The notes: generated by a model not told the origin, from the sequence alone. A stretch of DNA of 64,000 nucleotides from Candidatus Zhuqueibacterota bacterium (GCA_049322915.1 JBMOPW010000034.1:160001-224000), one strand, 5' to 3'. Positions 18,737 through 29,722 are shown, numbered from the stretch's first letter. Made by a program: numbers and translations.

Positions 18737-18933
18737 GAGGACGTCCTTTTTTTACGGGTGGTGATGTTTCAATTGGGATTGTCGTGAGTCTCATTGGTAG
18801 CGAGTGTGGTTTGAAAAAAACTACTTGATTTTTTCAAATTATTGGAGTAAATTTCAGCACATTAAAATGACTCAACTGCGCCCAACGGCTCAATTGCTCT
18901 ATCGAGCAACTTACCTGCGGGCGCATTTCTTTT

Positions 18934-19728
18934 TTAGACCGGTTCATTGCCGGATAAGTAGCGCCCGGGGTTTTTTACAAAAGGCAGATACAATCGAAAC
19001 GTTCGGAATTGCAGGTCTCTCCTGCTCTTTTGCGTGAGCTTATTCGGCCAGCCCGGCTTCTCACCGGTGACGATGTGCTTTTCGTCCAGCGTGTCGATGA
19101 GAGCATGAACAATCGCACAGTAGACGAGCAGGCGCTGCCGGGTGGCAGAATCTTTCACATTGAATAAAACCGTCAGCAGCGGGACGAACCAGCGATTGAA
19201 TTCTTCATTGGATAAAAACTCTTTTGTGAAATCAGCGAACGAGATGGCATAATAATCCGCGCCGACCTGCTTTATCAGCGAATCGCCCATGCCCCGTTGC
19301 CAGGCTCGCCCGACCAGGCCAATTTTCGCGCTCTCCAGCGCGCGGAAGAATGCCAGCAATTTATTTCCCCGCTTGTCAGTTCCCAAATTTGCGAACAGAC
19401 CTTCCAACCGGAGAATCTGAATTCGCGCCCAGAAATGGGCGAACAGATACATCAAATCCAGATAAGGAAACCACTTTTCAAAATCTTTGCGAACCGGCCG
19501 GGGCGCTCTGATCAACTCCTGGAAATCAGCCTGGGCCAGCGACCTGATTTTGCCGACCAATTCATCAGAAGCTTTCAGAATTGGGTCAAGATTTTTGTCG
19601 ATCAATTTCCTGGCAGATTTTTTTTCCTGCGATTTCAGACTGTACTCGCGATAGAAATAGTCGAGCAGTTTCACAATCAAACCGCTGATAAAACCTGCAC
19701 CCAGCAAATCAAGTAGACTTGTACTCAT
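18934..19728 (-). CDS. Hypothetical protein with an N-terminal TM helix
   Basis: 264-aa ORF; LLGAGFISGLIVKLL anchor, then a helical domain with no known motif. Confidence 0.7.
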   Translation of the reverse strand: MSTSLLDLLGAGFISGLIVKLLDYFYREYSLKSQEKKSARKLIDKNLDPILKASDELVGKIRSLAQADFQELIRAPRPVRKDFEKWFPYLDLMYLFAHFWARIQILRLEGLFANLGTDKRGNKLLAFFRALESAKIGLVGRAWQRGMGDSLIKQVGADYYAISFADFTKEFLSNEEFNRWFVPLLTVLFNVKDSATRQRLLVYCAIVHALIDTLDEKHIVTGEKPGWPNKLTQKSRRDLQFRTFRLYLPFVKNPGRYLSGNEPV

Positions 19729-19817
19729 TCTGCCCTGTCGAGGAATGGTGAGTTCAAAAGCCCGGTTTTATGAATTAAAAATTTCGGATTGGCAACGTGA
19801 AGTGCTGCGCCAATCGT

Positions 19818-21923
19818 TTAAGCGCCAATTTTCATTATAACGGTATAAAGCCATATTATCACGCCAACCAGAACCCAGCAGATCACAAAGCCCCAGATAT
19901 CCTGTTTGGTAGGTCTCCAGAATTCCCAATTGCTATTGGGAAATAGTTTATTTCGTCTCACAATTTCAGGATCATCCACAGCAGCCTGCACGCGCCGCGC
20001 ATCTTCCTTCTGATCGGCGACAGCGGGCGTGTGCACGCAGGCATAAAATTCCCGCAGTACCTTTTCCGAATTCGGTTTTGTAATGAAACTCACAAAAAAT
20101 AAAACGAGAAATGGAAAGACAATATCAAAGGCAAAAGATAGTGTGCCCAATTGCGGTTTGGATAATTGGGTCAGATCCACGCCCATCATTGATATGATAT
20201 ACAATTGCACCCGGAACATCCCCTGTCCGACGAACGGCGAATTGGGATCTTCAGGATTTTTTCGCACCACTGTTTCATAAAAGATGCCGGTCGGTGGATG
20301 CACCCGATGCTTTTGAATGAGTTGGCCAATGTGGTCGGCGGCGCCGCTTTGCACATCCTTCTCCACAGCTTTCGCCTGAACAACGATATCCCGCTCTTTT
20401 GTTTGAATCGTCAGTTTGGGATTTTCTCGGTTGTTGTTGATGCTGGGGACGATATTCGGCACGACAAACGTCAGAAAGATCGAAAGCAACATTTGAGCGA
20501 CCACTGCTTTGGTCGAAAGCCGGCGCCAGAAATAGACCAGCCACAATGCCGGACCGATAATAGTACCGACGGAAAGCACATATTTGAACACGACAAAGAT
20601 ATCGTTCACCATGCGGGCGAAGTAAATTGTCGCACCCATAATTGCAAAAATCACAATGCGTCCGACGATCACCTGTAGTCTTTCCGTCGCTCTAGAATAC
20701 ATGGGTAAAAAGATATTTTTGGTGAAAGCGGCCGACCATTCCAGGCTCGTCGTGCTGATTGTGGACATATTTGCTCCCATGATCGACGCAATCATGAGAC
20801 CTACAAAAGCAGGCCCCATCAGGTTTTTAGTCATGTGGCCCCAGATATTGGTGGGGTCGGACAATTGTCCCTGATATAAACCCACAGCAATGAGACCGGT
20901 TAACGCCCAACCGATCATGGCAAATCGTTTGATGAAGGCGCCGGTGACCATGCCGATCCGAGCGGAAAAATCATCTTTCGACGATCCGCCGTAGGTGAAA
21001 TTTCTTGGCGGTAACACCACCAGATTAATTGTGACCATAGCCAGCACAAAGTACCAGGTGTAATCGCTGGTTGCGGCGCTGCCGAACATTTCGAACATGT
21101 AATCCGGCACTTTTTCATGCAGGCCGGAAAAGCCGCCCAATGCTTTCAAGCCAATTGGCAAAAGCATGAACGACAGGATTAAAATCAATAAGCTTTGAAT
21201 AACATCATTCAGCACTGCCGCAAACAACCCTCCCAAAATAGTGTACGCGCTCACAATTGTCGCATATAATATATAAAAGACATTCATATTCAAATGGGAT
21301 ATATACGCGTGCAGTTCACCGCGTTTTTGCTTTTCCAATAAAATATTCAATCGCGCAATATCTGTCTCGTTCAATTGTTCGTTGCTCTGTTTCTGCTGCA
21401 ATGTCTGGAGTTCATTAAACTCCAACACGCTTTGCCGTTCCGCTGGCGTATACTCCTGTTCCTGTTTCACCATCATCGCTTGCATTGTTTTACCGGTCAA
21501 CAGGTAGCCAATGGATCCTCCATAAATCGCATTGAGCAAAATATAAATAGCGAACAGTCCGGCTAAAAATTTGCTCTCGAAACGATGGAGATAAATATCA
21601 CCGGGGCCCATGTAGCGGGCGCGTCGCTGAAGCACGGAAACAAACCAATAAAATGGCGTGAACAGCAACGGCAGGTTTTGAAACCACATCCCGGACAATC
21701 CCTGCCGATAAATTTCACGGGCAACCCCGGCGGCCTGGTCAGCGCTGGTGATGGTGCCGAAATGCATGGCAGTTGTCAAAAATTTCCCAAAACTGCGTCC
21801 TCCCTGGTAAAAATCCTGAGTGTTTTTAATTCGTCGTCGCGTCCACAACCCAATCATGACCATAATAGCAAAGTAGATAATAATAACAATCCAGTCTAAC
21901 AAATGAAGTCCAAGTAAATACAT
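19818..21923 (-). CDS. Sodium:solute symporter (SSS) family protein
   Basis: LDWIVIIIYF...DFYQGGRSFG N-terminus, YTILGGLFAAVLNDVIQ and GLMIASIMGANMSTIS. Confidence 0.92.
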   Translation of the reverse strand: MYLLGLHLLDWIVIIIYFAIMVMIGLWTRRRIKNTQDFYQGGRSFGKFLTTAMHFGTITSADQAAGVAREIYRQGLSGMWFQNLPLLFTPFYWFVSVLQRRARYMGPGDIYLHRFESKFLAGLFAIYILLNAIYGGSIGYLLTGKTMQAMMVKQEQEYTPAERQSVLEFNELQTLQQKQSNEQLNETDIARLNILLEKQKRGELHAYISHLNMNVFYILYATIVSAYTILGGLFAAVLNDVIQSLLILILSFMLLPIGLKALGGFSGLHEKVPDYMFEMFGSAATSDYTWYFVLAMVTINLVVLPPRNFTYGGSSKDDFSARIGMVTGAFIKRFAMIGWALTGLIAVGLYQGQLSDPTNIWGHMTKNLMGPAFVGLMIASIMGANMSTISTTSLEWSAAFTKNIFLPMYSRATERLQVIVGRIVIFAIMGATIYFARMVNDIFVVFKYVLSVGTIIGPALWLVYFWRRLSTKAVVAQMLLSIFLTFVVPNIVPSINNNRENPKLTIQTKERDIVVQAKAVEKDVQSGAADHIGQLIQKHRVHPPTGIFYETVVRKNPEDPNSPFVGQGMFRVQLYIISMMGVDLTQLSKPQLGTLSFAFDIVFPFLVLFFVSFITKPNSEKVLREFYACVHTPAVADQKEDARRVQAAVDDPEIVRRNKLFPNSNWEFWRPTKQDIWGFVICWVLVGVIIWLYTVIMKIGA

Positions 21924-22196
21924 GATTCTCTCCGCGTTTTTTTAAGACATTTTCTTATTAAATGGACGATTGAGTTTTTAATTTCTGAAGATAATGTATT
22001 CTTAAATTGAGCGATTAGCCAGCAGAAATCAGCCATCAGCTCATTCAAAAACAAGAAATAGAAACTCCAGCAAGGTTTCACTCATTCGGTGACAGGATAA
22101 TTCCAACTGAACATGCTGTTTTTCTTTTTGTTGAACGCTGAAAGCGAATCGCTTCTTTTAGAGTATTATAATTCCATATCTTCAAACTCTTTTGAT

Positions 22197-22871
22197 TTAT
22201 GAACGCTCTGTTGCTCCAGTCTCTTTCGTTCCGTGCCGGGGAACGATCTGTTCGATCACTCCCGGCGCGACAATTCCTCCGGACATCACCATTTTAATGG
22301 CTTTTTCGATGGAGAGTTTAATGGTCACGACTTCGTTCTCCGGGAAAAGAATTAAAAAACCGGTCGTGACGACTGGCACCGTTGGAATGAACACATTGGC
22401 CAGCCGTTCTCGTCCCTGCGGTGTTATGCGTTCCGTGCGGCTTGTTAAAAAACCAATCGCGTAACGCCCCTCCGCTGGATATTCAACCAATACCACTTCT
22501 TTGAAAGACATGTGGCTGGGAACTGTCACTGCCTGCATGAATTCCTTCGCCGCCGAATAGACAATGTTGACAAAAGGAATTCTGGCAAAGAATTTATCGG
22601 TGATTTCGATAATTTTTTTTCCAAAAAAGTTACTCGCCAGAAAGCCGGTGATCAGCACCACAAGCGTCGTGACAAGGACGCCCAAACCCGGCACGTGATA
22701 GCCAAACAATTTTTGCGGCAGCGAGCCTACCAGCCCATCGATTGTTGTGAACAGAAATTTCAACGCCAGGACGGTAGCGATAATGGGAACGGTCACTAGC
22801 AAGCCAGCTAAAAAGATGGTCCGCAGGTATTTAAAAATCGATTTGAACATGAGCGACTCCATAAAATGCAA
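22197..22871 (-). CDS. DUF502 membrane protein
   Basis: FLAGLLVTVPI...RIPFVNIVYS...VVLVEYP...IGFLT...VFIPT...TGF...SGG. Confidence 0.9.
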   Translation of the reverse strand: MHFMESLMFKSIFKYLRTIFLAGLLVTVPIIATVLALKFLFTTIDGLVGSLPQKLFGYHVPGLGVLVTTLVVLITGFLASNFFGKKIIEITDKFFARIPFVNIVYSAAKEFMQAVTVPSHMSFKEVVLVEYPAEGRYAIGFLTSRTERITPQGRERLANVFIPTVPVVTTGFLILFPENEVVTIKLSIEKAIKMVMSGGIVAPGVIEQIVPRHGTKETGATERS

Positions 22872-22879
22872 TCATTGAA

Positions 22880-24880
22880 TTAACCTGCCTTGATTGGCAG
22901 CAGGATAACAGGAACCCCCTGATAATAAAATTTTCTTTGTATCGCGAAAACTGTGTAGTTGTGCAACCAGCGCGAAAACATGGGCTCTTTTGGAAAGACC
23001 AATTGCCCGCCGAAAAAAATAGAATTGGGAAATCGCTTCTGGATTTCAGGAGCAAGCTTCGTCACTTCTTCGATTACATCAATGCCAATGGCTGAGATTC
23101 CCTCGGCATACAACCCTTGCTTTTTAATGAACTCAACGTACCTGCCGAGGTCAGCATCAACTTTTTGCCGGAGTAATTTCATTTCCTCCGATCCCTTGAA
23201 CACCCCGGCATCGATGACCCCCACCTGGACAAATACAAAATTTTTCAATTCATCGCCGAACAAGCGAACGGCGCCAAACACCGTATGCAGTCCCAAACCG
23301 CCATATCCATTGACGAGCAAAATTGCTGTTCTGCCGTTCGGATCGATTTTATTCGTTTCTTTTTTTTCAGCTTGAGCAACTGAAATCGATTGATCCGCTG
23401 CCTCCACCAGGGAGTCCAGTCTCTCCATGAGGAGATGAATGCGGTTATAATGGCGTTTGACAAGCAAGGCCAATCCCACCAGTGCGCTTGTGACCAGCAC
23501 GGTTATCCAGCCGCCTTCATTAAATTTTATGACCGAAACTGAAAACAGAATAAAACCGGTCAAAAACATACCGATGCCATTGATCAAAAGTTTTCTTCGC
23601 CATTTTTTTTCATTGCCGCGTGAACGCCACCAATGACGCACCATTCCTAACTGGGACAGGAAGAACGTGATAAAAACATTGATACTGTAAAGAACAACCA
23701 GCAAGCGAACCGATCCTTTGGTGGCCAGCATCAGCACAAGAGAAAATCCACCCATGAGCAGGATGCCATTCTGCGTGACCAATCGGTCGCTGATCATCGC
23801 GAAGCGGCTGGGGAACCAGCGGTCCAATGCCATGTTGGACAACACGCGGGGACCATCCAGGAAGCCGGTTTGTGATGCGACAAAAAGCAAGACCGCTTCT
23901 GAAAATAACGTGACAAGAATAAATCCATAGGCCAGATTGCTGTTCCAATTCTCACTGATGGCATGAAGAAACACGGCGTTCAAGGTTTTTCCCGGGACGT
24001 GTTCCAGATGAAATAGCGCGTACCCTATCATTAAACCCAATACCATAAATGCCAGCGAAATAGACATATACCGCATGGTTCGCTTCGCTGTTTCAACTTT
24101 TGGCTCACGGAGAATCGGCATTCCATTGCTGACCGCCTCGATTCCGGTATAGGTTCCGGCGCCCATGCTGTACGCGCGCAGGATGAGCAAAATCGTTCCC
24201 AGAAGCCCAAGCTCGGTTTGTGTCTTTTGAAATTCAGCAGTCGTGGTAGAAATCACCGACGAGAAGTTCGATAAATGCGTTGCCAGCGTGTACACAATGG
24301 CGAAGGTATGCATGATCACAAAAATTATAAAAATCGGCACCAGCGGTACAACCGATTCCTTCACGCCTCTCAGATTGATTATGATAAGAATCAATAGTCC
24401 GAACACGGCGAAGTTAAGCCGATACGGATAATACGAATCAGGAAGAAAACTGAATATAGCATCCGCTCCGCTGGATATGGAGAGCGTAATGGTGAGCACA
24501 TAGTCGATTAAAAGAGCACTGCCGGAAATCATTCCAAAAGTTGGATTCAGCAATTTGGTAGCGACAAGGTACCCACCGCCTCCGGATGGAAACAACTCAA
24601 TAATCTGAGAATAACTGGTGCTGATGATAAAAATAGTAAGGGCCGACCCGAGGGCGATAAATAGTCCTAAATTAGAATGGCCATTTAGCGCCAAAAAGGC
24701 CTCCTCTGGACCATAACAGGAGGAAGAGAGGCCATCGGCTCCTAACCCGACCCAGGCAAAAAATGCGACCAGCGAAAGTTTATGAAAGATGTTTGGATCT
24801 TTATGGTCGCGCGCCGATCCAAGGATCAGTTCTTTCGCCTGATGCGGAAGAGATTGCTTGTCTTTTTTATTGAATATCAT
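22880..24880 (-). CDS. APC-family permease, KimA/YdaO-like (probable K+ uptake)
   Basis: GADGLSSSCYGPEEAF, YSQIIELFPSGGGGY, IDYVLTI and TGIEAVSNG motifs plus a soluble C-terminal domain; directly downstream of the kdp genes. Confidence 0.85.
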   Translation of the reverse strand: MIFNKKDKQSLPHQAKELILGSARDHKDPNIFHKLSLVAFFAWVGLGADGLSSSCYGPEEAFLALNGHSNLGLFIALGSALTIFIISTSYSQIIELFPSGGGGYLVATKLLNPTFGMISGSALLIDYVLTITLSISSGADAIFSFLPDSYYPYRLNFAVFGLLILIIINLRGVKESVVPLVPIFIIFVIMHTFAIVYTLATHLSNFSSVISTTTAEFQKTQTELGLLGTILLILRAYSMGAGTYTGIEAVSNGMPILREPKVETAKRTMRYMSISLAFMVLGLMIGYALFHLEHVPGKTLNAVFLHAISENWNSNLAYGFILVTLFSEAVLLFVASQTGFLDGPRVLSNMALDRWFPSRFAMISDRLVTQNGILLMGGFSLVLMLATKGSVRLLVVLYSINVFITFFLSQLGMVRHWWRSRGNEKKWRRKLLINGIGMFLTGFILFSVSVIKFNEGGWITVLVTSALVGLALLVKRHYNRIHLLMERLDSLVEAADQSISVAQAEKKETNKIDPNGRTAILLVNGYGGLGLHTVFGAVRLFGDELKNFVFVQVGVIDAGVFKGSEEMKLLRQKVDADLGRYVEFIKKQGLYAEGISAIGIDVIEEVTKLAPEIQKRFPNSIFFGGQLVFPKEPMFSRWLHNYTVFAIQRKFYYQGVPVILLPIKAG

Positions 24881-25038
24881 TTTATGTCAATTGTACATTT
24901 TTTCTGAGTTAATTTCTGTTCAAAGGGTCCTTTTCAAAACCATCCTTTAAGTTACAGATGACAGCCTGGCTATTCAAACGGGTCTGATGAATCATATTTC
25001 CGATTTGAAAACACTTCGGATTAAAGCAGACTTTTTTT

Positions 25039-27057
25039 TCATGTGGCATCGATATCACCTTTGATCAGATCATAGAACAATTTCACATACTCCGGACTCT
25101 TTCTCGATTTGATAATGGATAGCGCGACGATATTGGCGAATGACTCCAATAAATGATCCTGTTCCGAGTTCAGTAGTTCATCTTTAAGCAAGCATAATAC
25201 GCCGATGGTCTGGTTATTGGCGGTAATTGGCCGGTAATACCATCGATCCGATGACAGCGTCTGAGTGTTCTTCCCTGCCGACTGGCCATTTTTAAACACC
25301 CATTCTGCGACCGCTATCTCGTCCTCCCCAAACGATGGCTGATGATGAATGACCTGCGTTTTAACTTCCAATTCCCCCTGGTCTTCCGGCAGCAAAATGG
25401 CAACGCTGCACTGAAATGCCTCGGCGATGTAGTTTGCAGCGCGATCCAGAATGTTTTCCAGGTCTTCCGCCAGCATCATTTCTTTGCTGAAAGAATACAG
25501 CGCAGAGGTAAATCGTTCTCGGCTGCGTGAACTTTCAATCTGCCAGTGGATGATTTTTGCCAGGACGCTGATAATAATAGTAATTGCAATGAACATAAAA
25601 AAGCTTGGAATGTACTTTAAATCAGCGACCCTGAATGTCATGAAGGGCGGCACAAAGAAGAAATCAAATGCGCAGACGGCAACCAGCGAGGCAAATAGGC
25701 CAACCCACATACCCCAGAGTATGCCGCTGGCGATTGCCGGGACGAGCAACATCATCGCGATATTAATGGGCTCAACCCAGCGCCTTAAAAACCACCCAAT
25801 CAGAACCGTGACAACAATTCCCAAAAAACTTAAAAGATAGGATCGATAGTTTTTAAATGATTTTTTACCTCTGGCATTGTACAAAGGCGCCGAAGATGTA
25901 TTTTCATCAGCTCCAACAATGAGCACATTGATTGATCCGCTTTTTCTCACCAAGTCCCTTAAAACTGAACCCTTGAAAACTTCTTCTATTCTCGATCGAT
26001 AAGATAATCCCGCAATGATGAGGTTAATATTCTTTTCTCTGGCAAAACGGAGCATTTCATCCGCGATATTATTGCCACTTAAAAATACGGTTCGGGCGCC
26101 CAATTCCTCTGCCAGTGTGATATTTTTCTCTAATTGCAGTTTGGCTCTTTCGTTCATTTTGACCTGTTGCGGCGAATCCACTGAAATCGCATACCATTCA
26201 GCATTCAAATCTTCAGCCATCCGATGCGCCATCCGAATGACTTTTTCTGATTTCGGGCTGGGGCTTATTCCCACCAATAGCCGCGTTCCGACCGGCCAGA
26301 CTTCCTGAATGAGATTATTTTCTTTGTACGACAATAAATCAACGTCGACCCGTTTTGCAGTATATTTGAGCGACAATTCCCTGAGAGCAAGAAGATTGCC
26401 CATTCGAAAGAAACGTTGCATCGCCTGCTTGGCTTTGTCAGGGACGTAAACCTTTCCTTCTTTCAGGCGCTCGATTAATTTTTCAGGAGGCAGGTCGACC
26501 AGTTCAATTTCATCCGCCATTTGCAGCAATCGATCAGGGACAGTCTCATCCACTTTAACATGAGAAATTTGATGGATGATATCGATCAGACTTTCGATGT
26601 GCTGAATATTGACGGTCGTATACACGTCGATGCCGGCGCTCAGCAGTTCTTCTATGTCCTGATAGCGTTTTTTGTGCCTGCTGCCGGGCACATTGCTATG
26701 GGCCAGTTCATCCACCAAAGCAATCTGCGGTTTTCGAGAGAGAATAGCATCCAGATCCATCTCTTCCAGGTGCAGGTTTTGATAAACGACATTTTTCCGG
26801 GGAACGATGCTGAGCCGGGTCAATAGTTCTTCTGTCTCTTTACGTCCATGCGTCTCAACAAGCCCGGCGAGCACGTCGGTCCCATTTTCCCGCATTGCAT
26901 TCGCCTCTGAAAGCATGCGGTATGTCTTCCCCACTCCTGCGCAGAAGCCTAAAAAGATTTTCAATTTTCCCTGGTTCCGCGAGGCAAGATTCACCTCGGC
27001 TTCTGCTTGTTGAAGCTTTCTTAATAGCTCATCAGGATTCGCGCGGTTATCTGACAT
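25039..27057 (-). CDS. kdpD: KdpD-like sensor lacking the histidine kinase domains
   Basis: KdpD domain (GKLKIFLGFCAGVGKTY, LVDELAH), Usp, 4-TM DUF4118 and GAF, then stop; no H/N/G boxes. Confidence 0.85.
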   Translation of the reverse strand: MSDNRANPDELLRKLQQAEAEVNLASRNQGKLKIFLGFCAGVGKTYRMLSEANAMRENGTDVLAGLVETHGRKETEELLTRLSIVPRKNVVYQNLHLEEMDLDAILSRKPQIALVDELAHSNVPGSRHKKRYQDIEELLSAGIDVYTTVNIQHIESLIDIIHQISHVKVDETVPDRLLQMADEIELVDLPPEKLIERLKEGKVYVPDKAKQAMQRFFRMGNLLALRELSLKYTAKRVDVDLLSYKENNLIQEVWPVGTRLLVGISPSPKSEKVIRMAHRMAEDLNAEWYAISVDSPQQVKMNERAKLQLEKNITLAEELGARTVFLSGNNIADEMLRFAREKNINLIIAGLSYRSRIEEVFKGSVLRDLVRKSGSINVLIVGADENTSSAPLYNARGKKSFKNYRSYLLSFLGIVVTVLIGWFLRRWVEPINIAMMLLVPAIASGILWGMWVGLFASLVAVCAFDFFFVPPFMTFRVADLKYIPSFFMFIAITIIISVLAKIIHWQIESSRSRERFTSALYSFSKEMMLAEDLENILDRAANYIAEAFQCSVAILLPEDQGELEVKTQVIHHQPSFGEDEIAVAEWVFKNGQSAGKNTQTLSSDRWYYRPITANNQTIGVLCLLKDELLNSEQDHLLESFANIVALSIIKSRKSPEYVKLFYDLIKGDIDAT

Positions 27058-27068
27058 GGCTCATCCCA

Positions 27069-27668
27069 TTATAATTTTGAAAGCTGATCGAGAGCGAGAT
27101 TTAAACTAAGGACGTTGACTCCCTTTTGCCCCCAAACTCCGATGAAGTCAGGATCGGTATGCTGCTCAATCAATTGTCGAATTCGCTCCCCTGAAAGAGA
27201 TCGTGTTCTGGCGATTCGCGGCGCCTGGAGTAAGGCGTTTTGGACAGAGATGTGAGGATCCAACCCACTGGCGGAAGCTAATACCATGTCCGCCGGTATT
27301 TTCACGTCAGACGCCAGCGAATTCGTCCGTCGCGTCTCGGCGACTTGTTCTTTCACGATGTCCATAAGTTTCTGGCTCGATGGACCAAGATTGCTACCCC
27401 CGGATCCAGCAGCATTGTTATCCACCGCTGAAGGCCGGCTATGAAAATACGTGGAATCTGAAAATTGCTGGCCGATCAGTTTTGAGCCAACAATTCTCCC
27501 GTCACTCGTTATCAGACTGCCGTTAGCTTTTTCGGGCATAGTCATTCTGGCGATCCAGGTGATGGTCAACGGATACATGACGCCCAGGATAATCGATAAA
27601 ACGAAAAATATTTTCAGTGCAATGACTGCTTCGGATTTCAAATTGCTTTTCAAGGAAATTTCCTTCAC
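27069..27668 (-). CDS. kdpC: K+-transporting ATPase subunit C
   Basis: ANGSLI...GSKLIGQ.F...YFHSRPSA, ASASGLDPHIS and VNVLSLNLALD. Confidence 0.97.
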   Translation of the reverse strand: MKEISLKSNLKSEAVIALKIFFVLSIILGVMYPLTITWIARMTMPEKANGSLITSDGRIVGSKLIGQQFSDSTYFHSRPSAVDNNAAGSGGSNLGPSSQKLMDIVKEQVAETRRTNSLASDVKIPADMVLASASGLDPHISVQNALLQAPRIARTRSLSGERIRQLIEQHTDPDFIGVWGQKGVNVLSLNLALDQLSKL

Positions 27669-27682
27669 AAATTAAATAACTG

Positions 27683-29722
27683 CTAAACCAAATGCAACCA
27701 TGTCGCCAAGAGATCAATCAGTTTAATCCCTATGAACGGCAACAGCAGACCGCCCAATCCATAGAGCAGCAGATTTCGCATCAATAAAATGCGCGGCGCT
27801 GTTTCGTGACTGGTCACTCCCTTCAACGCCAACGGAATCAAACAGGGAATAATGATCGCATTGAAAATGACAGCCGATAGAATCGCGCTCTGCGGATTGG
27901 CCAGTTGCATGATGTTCAGCAAGTTGAGCGCCGGATACTGAATGACAAACATGGCCGGGATGATGGCAAAATACTTGGCGACATCATTGGCAATGCTGAA
28001 CGTGGTCAATGACCCACGCGTGATCAGAATTTGTTTTCCAATTTCGACGATATCCAGGAGCTTGATCGGCGATGAATCGAGATCGATCATATTAGCCGCT
28101 TCCCTGGCGGCCTGCGTTCCGGCATTCATGGCCACAGCGACATCGGCTTGAGCCAGCGCCGGAGCGTCGTTCGTGCCATCGCCGATCATGGCAACCATGT
28201 AACCTTCGTTCTGAAATTCCCTGATCTTGCTCAACTTGGTCTCAGGTCTTGCCTGAGCGATAAACTTGCTGACACCTGCTTCAGCCGCAATCGCCGCGGC
28301 TGTATGAGGATTGTCCCCGGTGATCATGACCGATTGGATACCCATCTGATGAATCTGGCTTAACCGTTCTTTGATGCCAAGTTTCAAAACATCTTTCAGA
28401 CGAATCACGCCCAGCACCGTGCCGTTTGACGTCACAACCAGAGGCGTCCCACCCTCCTTTGCTACTTTTTCGACGGTGCTTTCTACTTCTTCCGGAAAAA
28501 AGGCGCCCAGATTTTTCACCAATTCTTTAATAGCGTCGACAGCCCCTTTTCGAATCTGAACTGCATCGAAATCAATACCGCTCATCCGGCTTTCAGCGCT
28601 GAAGTTGATGAACTTCGCACTGGTCGGGGCTTTCATGTCTCTTCCCCTCATTCGAAGGATCTCTTTGGCGAGAACGACAATACTTCGTCCTTCGGGCGTA
28701 TCGTCCGCGAGCGAGGAAAGCATTGCGGCTTTTGCCAGCTCTTCTTCGTGAATGCCATTGGCGGGAATGAACTCGGTAGCGCAACGGTTACCCAGAGTAA
28801 TCGTTCCTGTTTTATCCATGAGCACGATATTGACATCGCCGGCAGCCTCGATGGCTCTGCCACTGAGTGCAATGACATTGTGAGCTAACAAGCGATCCAT
28901 GCCGGCAATCCCTATTGCCGGGAGCAATCCGCCGATGGTCGTTGGCATTAAACAGACCAGAAGCGCCGCCAGTACCGGCACCGAAATCATCACCCCGGAA
29001 TAGCCTGCAAGATATTTCAGTGTAATCACCACCACTAAAAACAACACGGTAAGACCAACCAATAGTATCTCCAGCGCCTTCTCATTCGGAGTTTTCTGGC
29101 GTTTGGCATTCTCAACCATTTTAATCATCTGGTCGAGAAAAGTTTCGCCAGGATTGGCTGTGATCCTAATCTTAATCTTGCCGGAGACAATCCGTGTTCC
29201 TCCGGTGACCCCTGTTTTATCGCCGCCGGCTTCCCGGACGACCGGCGCGGATTCGCCTGTAATCGCTGATTCGTCGATCAAAGCGACCCCTTCGACGATA
29301 TCGCCATCACAGGGAATGATTTCACCATCTTCGGCAGCGACCAGATCGCCCTTGACCAGCATCATCGCATTGATCGGTTCAATCTTTCCATCGGCGTATA
29401 TTTTTTTTGCAATCACATCTGTTCTGGACTGCTTGAGGGATTGCACCTGGGCCTTGCTTTTTCCTTCTGCCAGCGCTTCGGCGAAATTGGCAAACAACAC
29501 GGTAAACCACAGCCAGAGACTGATCTGGAGGTCGAAGCCATAGCTCTTACCTGCCATGATATTTTGAGCCATGATACAGGTTGTAATAATTGAGCCAAGC
29601 TCCACCACAAACATGACCGGATTGCTGAGCATATTCAGCGGGTTCAGCTTAAAAATTGCATCGCGCATCGCCGCCAAAATTATTTTCGACTGCCAGATAC
29701 TCTTTTGCCCACCTGTTGACAT
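27683..29722 (-). CDS. kdpB: K+-transporting ATPase subunit B
   Basis: [26 protein letters not shown] and [13 protein letters not shown]. Confidence 0.99.
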   Translation of the reverse strand: MSTGGQKSIWQSKIILAAMRDAIFKLNPLNMLSNPVMFVVELGSIITTCIMAQNIMAGKSYGFDLQISLWLWFTVLFANFAEALAEGKSKAQVQSLKQSRTDVIAKKIYADGKIEPINAMMLVKGDLVAAEDGEIIPCDGDIVEGVALIDESAITGESAPVVREAGGDKTGVTGGTRIVSGKIKIRITANPGETFLDQMIKMVENAKRQKTPNEKALEILLVGLTVLFLVVVITLKYLAGYSGVMISVPVLAALLVCLMPTTIGGLLPAIGIAGMDRLLAHNVIALSGRAIEAAGDVNIVLMDKTGTITLGNRCATEFIPANGIHEEELAKAAMLSSLADDTPEGRSIVVLAKEILRMRGRDMKAPTSAKFINFSAESRMSGIDFDAVQIRKGAVDAIKELVKNLGAFFPEEVESTVEKVAKEGGTPLVVTSNGTVLGVIRLKDVLKLGIKERLSQIHQMGIQSVMITGDNPHTAAAIAAEAGVSKFIAQARPETKLSKIREFQNEGYMVAMIGDGTNDAPALAQADVAVAMNAGTQAAREAANMIDLDSSPIKLLDIVEIGKQILITRGSLTTFSIANDVAKYFAIIPAMFVIQYPALNLLNIMQLANPQSAILSAVIFNAIIIPCLIPLALKGVTSHETAPRILLMRNLLLYGLGGLLLPFIGIKLIDLLATWLHLV

